Shown one piece after another: positions 63,276 to 64,000 of a stretch of 64,000 nucleotides of DNA. This DNA comes from a virus. The stretch covers positions 32,403 to 96,402 of IMG/VR virus record IMGVR_UViG_3300027985_000661. One strand, written 5' to 3'. The notes beneath the pieces are model-generated. The model searched no databases. It was not told the origin of the DNA and saw nothing but the letters and a program-made list of their open reading frames with translations. Made by a program: the position numbers and the translations under genes. Within the stretch, counting starts at the first letter, position 1. Every line of letters begins with the position of its first letter.

Positions 63276-63524
63276 TTACCAATTCCATATTTTTTCAGTT
63301 TTTTTTATTTTATTTTTTAAATAAGTAGAACAGTATTTATATAATTCTACTAATAATTCTGGATTATCAGTTAAAAAAGTAAAGATAGTATTTCCAAATC
63401 TTTCTTCTATTTTATTTTGAACGTATGAAAGATTATTTTTATTATCTTGTCTAATTATATCAATTAGATCTAGCCAGTATAATACAATTTCTACTTCTTG
63501 ATTAGTAAGATTATTTGCATTCAT
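63276..63524 (-). CDS. Hypothetical protein
   Basis: 82-aa ORF. Confidence 0.5.
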   Translation of the reverse strand: MNANNLTNQEVEIVLYWLDLIDIIRQDNKNNLSYVQNKIEERFGNTIFTFLTDNPELLVELYKYCSTYLKNKIKKTEKIWNW

Positions 63525-63545
63525 GACTTTTAGTTTTGGTTAGTG

Positions 63546-63608
63546 CCCCATTAGAGAGAATCGAACTCTACATTTTATTATTTCAATGGCTTTCCTGGCC
63601 TAATGGGA
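63546..63608 (-). ncRNA. tRNA-like element with degenerate anticodon arm
   Basis: CCCATTA/TAATGGG acceptor, GGC-CAGGAAA-GCC arm, AGAG-TTCGATT-CTCT T arm. Confidence 0.55.
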
Positions 63609-63798
63609 TGTTTTAAAATAAGCAGAGTTTAAATTTGATTTAAATATACCCTGCTTATTTATTTTTTCTATCAATATTCAGTCTTATTATTATATTATAT
63701 TATATTATATTAAATTATTTAACCTGGCGACCGAATATGAATTTGGTTTAAGTTAACATTGTAGACCATATATATATAATTTTGATTAAGGATCTAAT

Positions 63799-63999
63799 TT
63801 AACTTATATTTAATATTTTAAACACTTCTTCAGTTAAATACTTTCTACAAATATCTGCTGTTTGTTGTCGATTTTCTTTTAAAGCAGCAGCATTAGCATT
63901 AGCGGCAGCATAAGCAGCATTAGCGGCAGCATAAGCAGCATTAGAGGCATCTGCGTAAGTATTAGCAGCATTAGCGGCAGCATAAGCAGCATTAGCGGC
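63799..63999 (-). CDS. C-terminal fragment of an Ala-rich repeat (AAYAAAN) phage protein
   Basis: Reads AANAAYAAANAANTYADASNAAYAAANAAYAAANANAAALKENRQQTADICRKYLTEEVFKILNIS stop; 21-nt tandem repeat GCATTAGCGGCAGCATAAGCA. Confidence 0.7.
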   Translation of the reverse strand, partial: AANAAYAAANAANTYADASNAAYAAANAAYAAANANAAALKENRQQTADICRKYLTEEVFKILNIS

Positions 64000-64000
64000 A

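Noticed and set aside
50007-63608. Calling the three tRNA-like elements functional tRNAs
   Set aside because: None has a 5-bp stem with a 7-nt anticodon loop, so no anticodon can be assigned.
1-64000. Stop-codon reassignment (TAG or TGA) as in some Crassvirales
   Set aside because: Very long ORFs stay open under the standard code, all breaks in conserved genes are explained by introns, and no suppressor tRNA is visible.
63885-64000. CRISPR-like repeat array
   Set aside because: These are tandem 21-nt coding repeats (AAYAAAN) with no unique spacers.

Overview
This window is about 64 kb of a crAss-like (Crassvirales) Bacteroidota-type phage genome, read with the standard genetic code. The + strand (1-32259) is the late virion module: an LRR-like protein end, a modular tail fibre with foldon-like motifs, tail ring proteins, an IHF-like protein, the muzzle protein, cargo proteins, a giant virion RNA polymerase and a zincin-bearing cargo protein. 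Converging terminators lie at about 32.3 kb. The - strand (32373-64000) carries replication genes (PolA, DnaB-like helicase, primase, Sak4-like ATPase, SSB, PD-(D/E)XK nucleases) and a long AT-rich accessory region. Four group I introns can be resolved to the nucleotide. Each splits a conserved catalytic or core motif (RNAP DFDID, helicase Walker A, PolA PIQG|TAGD and HD|E), and each carries a different type of homing endonuclease. All four endonuclease ORFs, plus an M23 peptidase gene, are preceded by the same ECF-sigma-like motif G(T/C/A)AAC-N16/17-(C/T)GTA. The accessory region also holds three tRNA-like elements without a usable anticodon arm, a 1.1 kb region with no credible ORF and nested long-range stems (candidate large ncRNA) directly after a divergent acyl-CoA-synthetase-like gene, further structured intergenic RNAs, and a probably inactivated DNA ligase homologue. 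All family calls come from motifs and synteny read by eye; no database searches were run.
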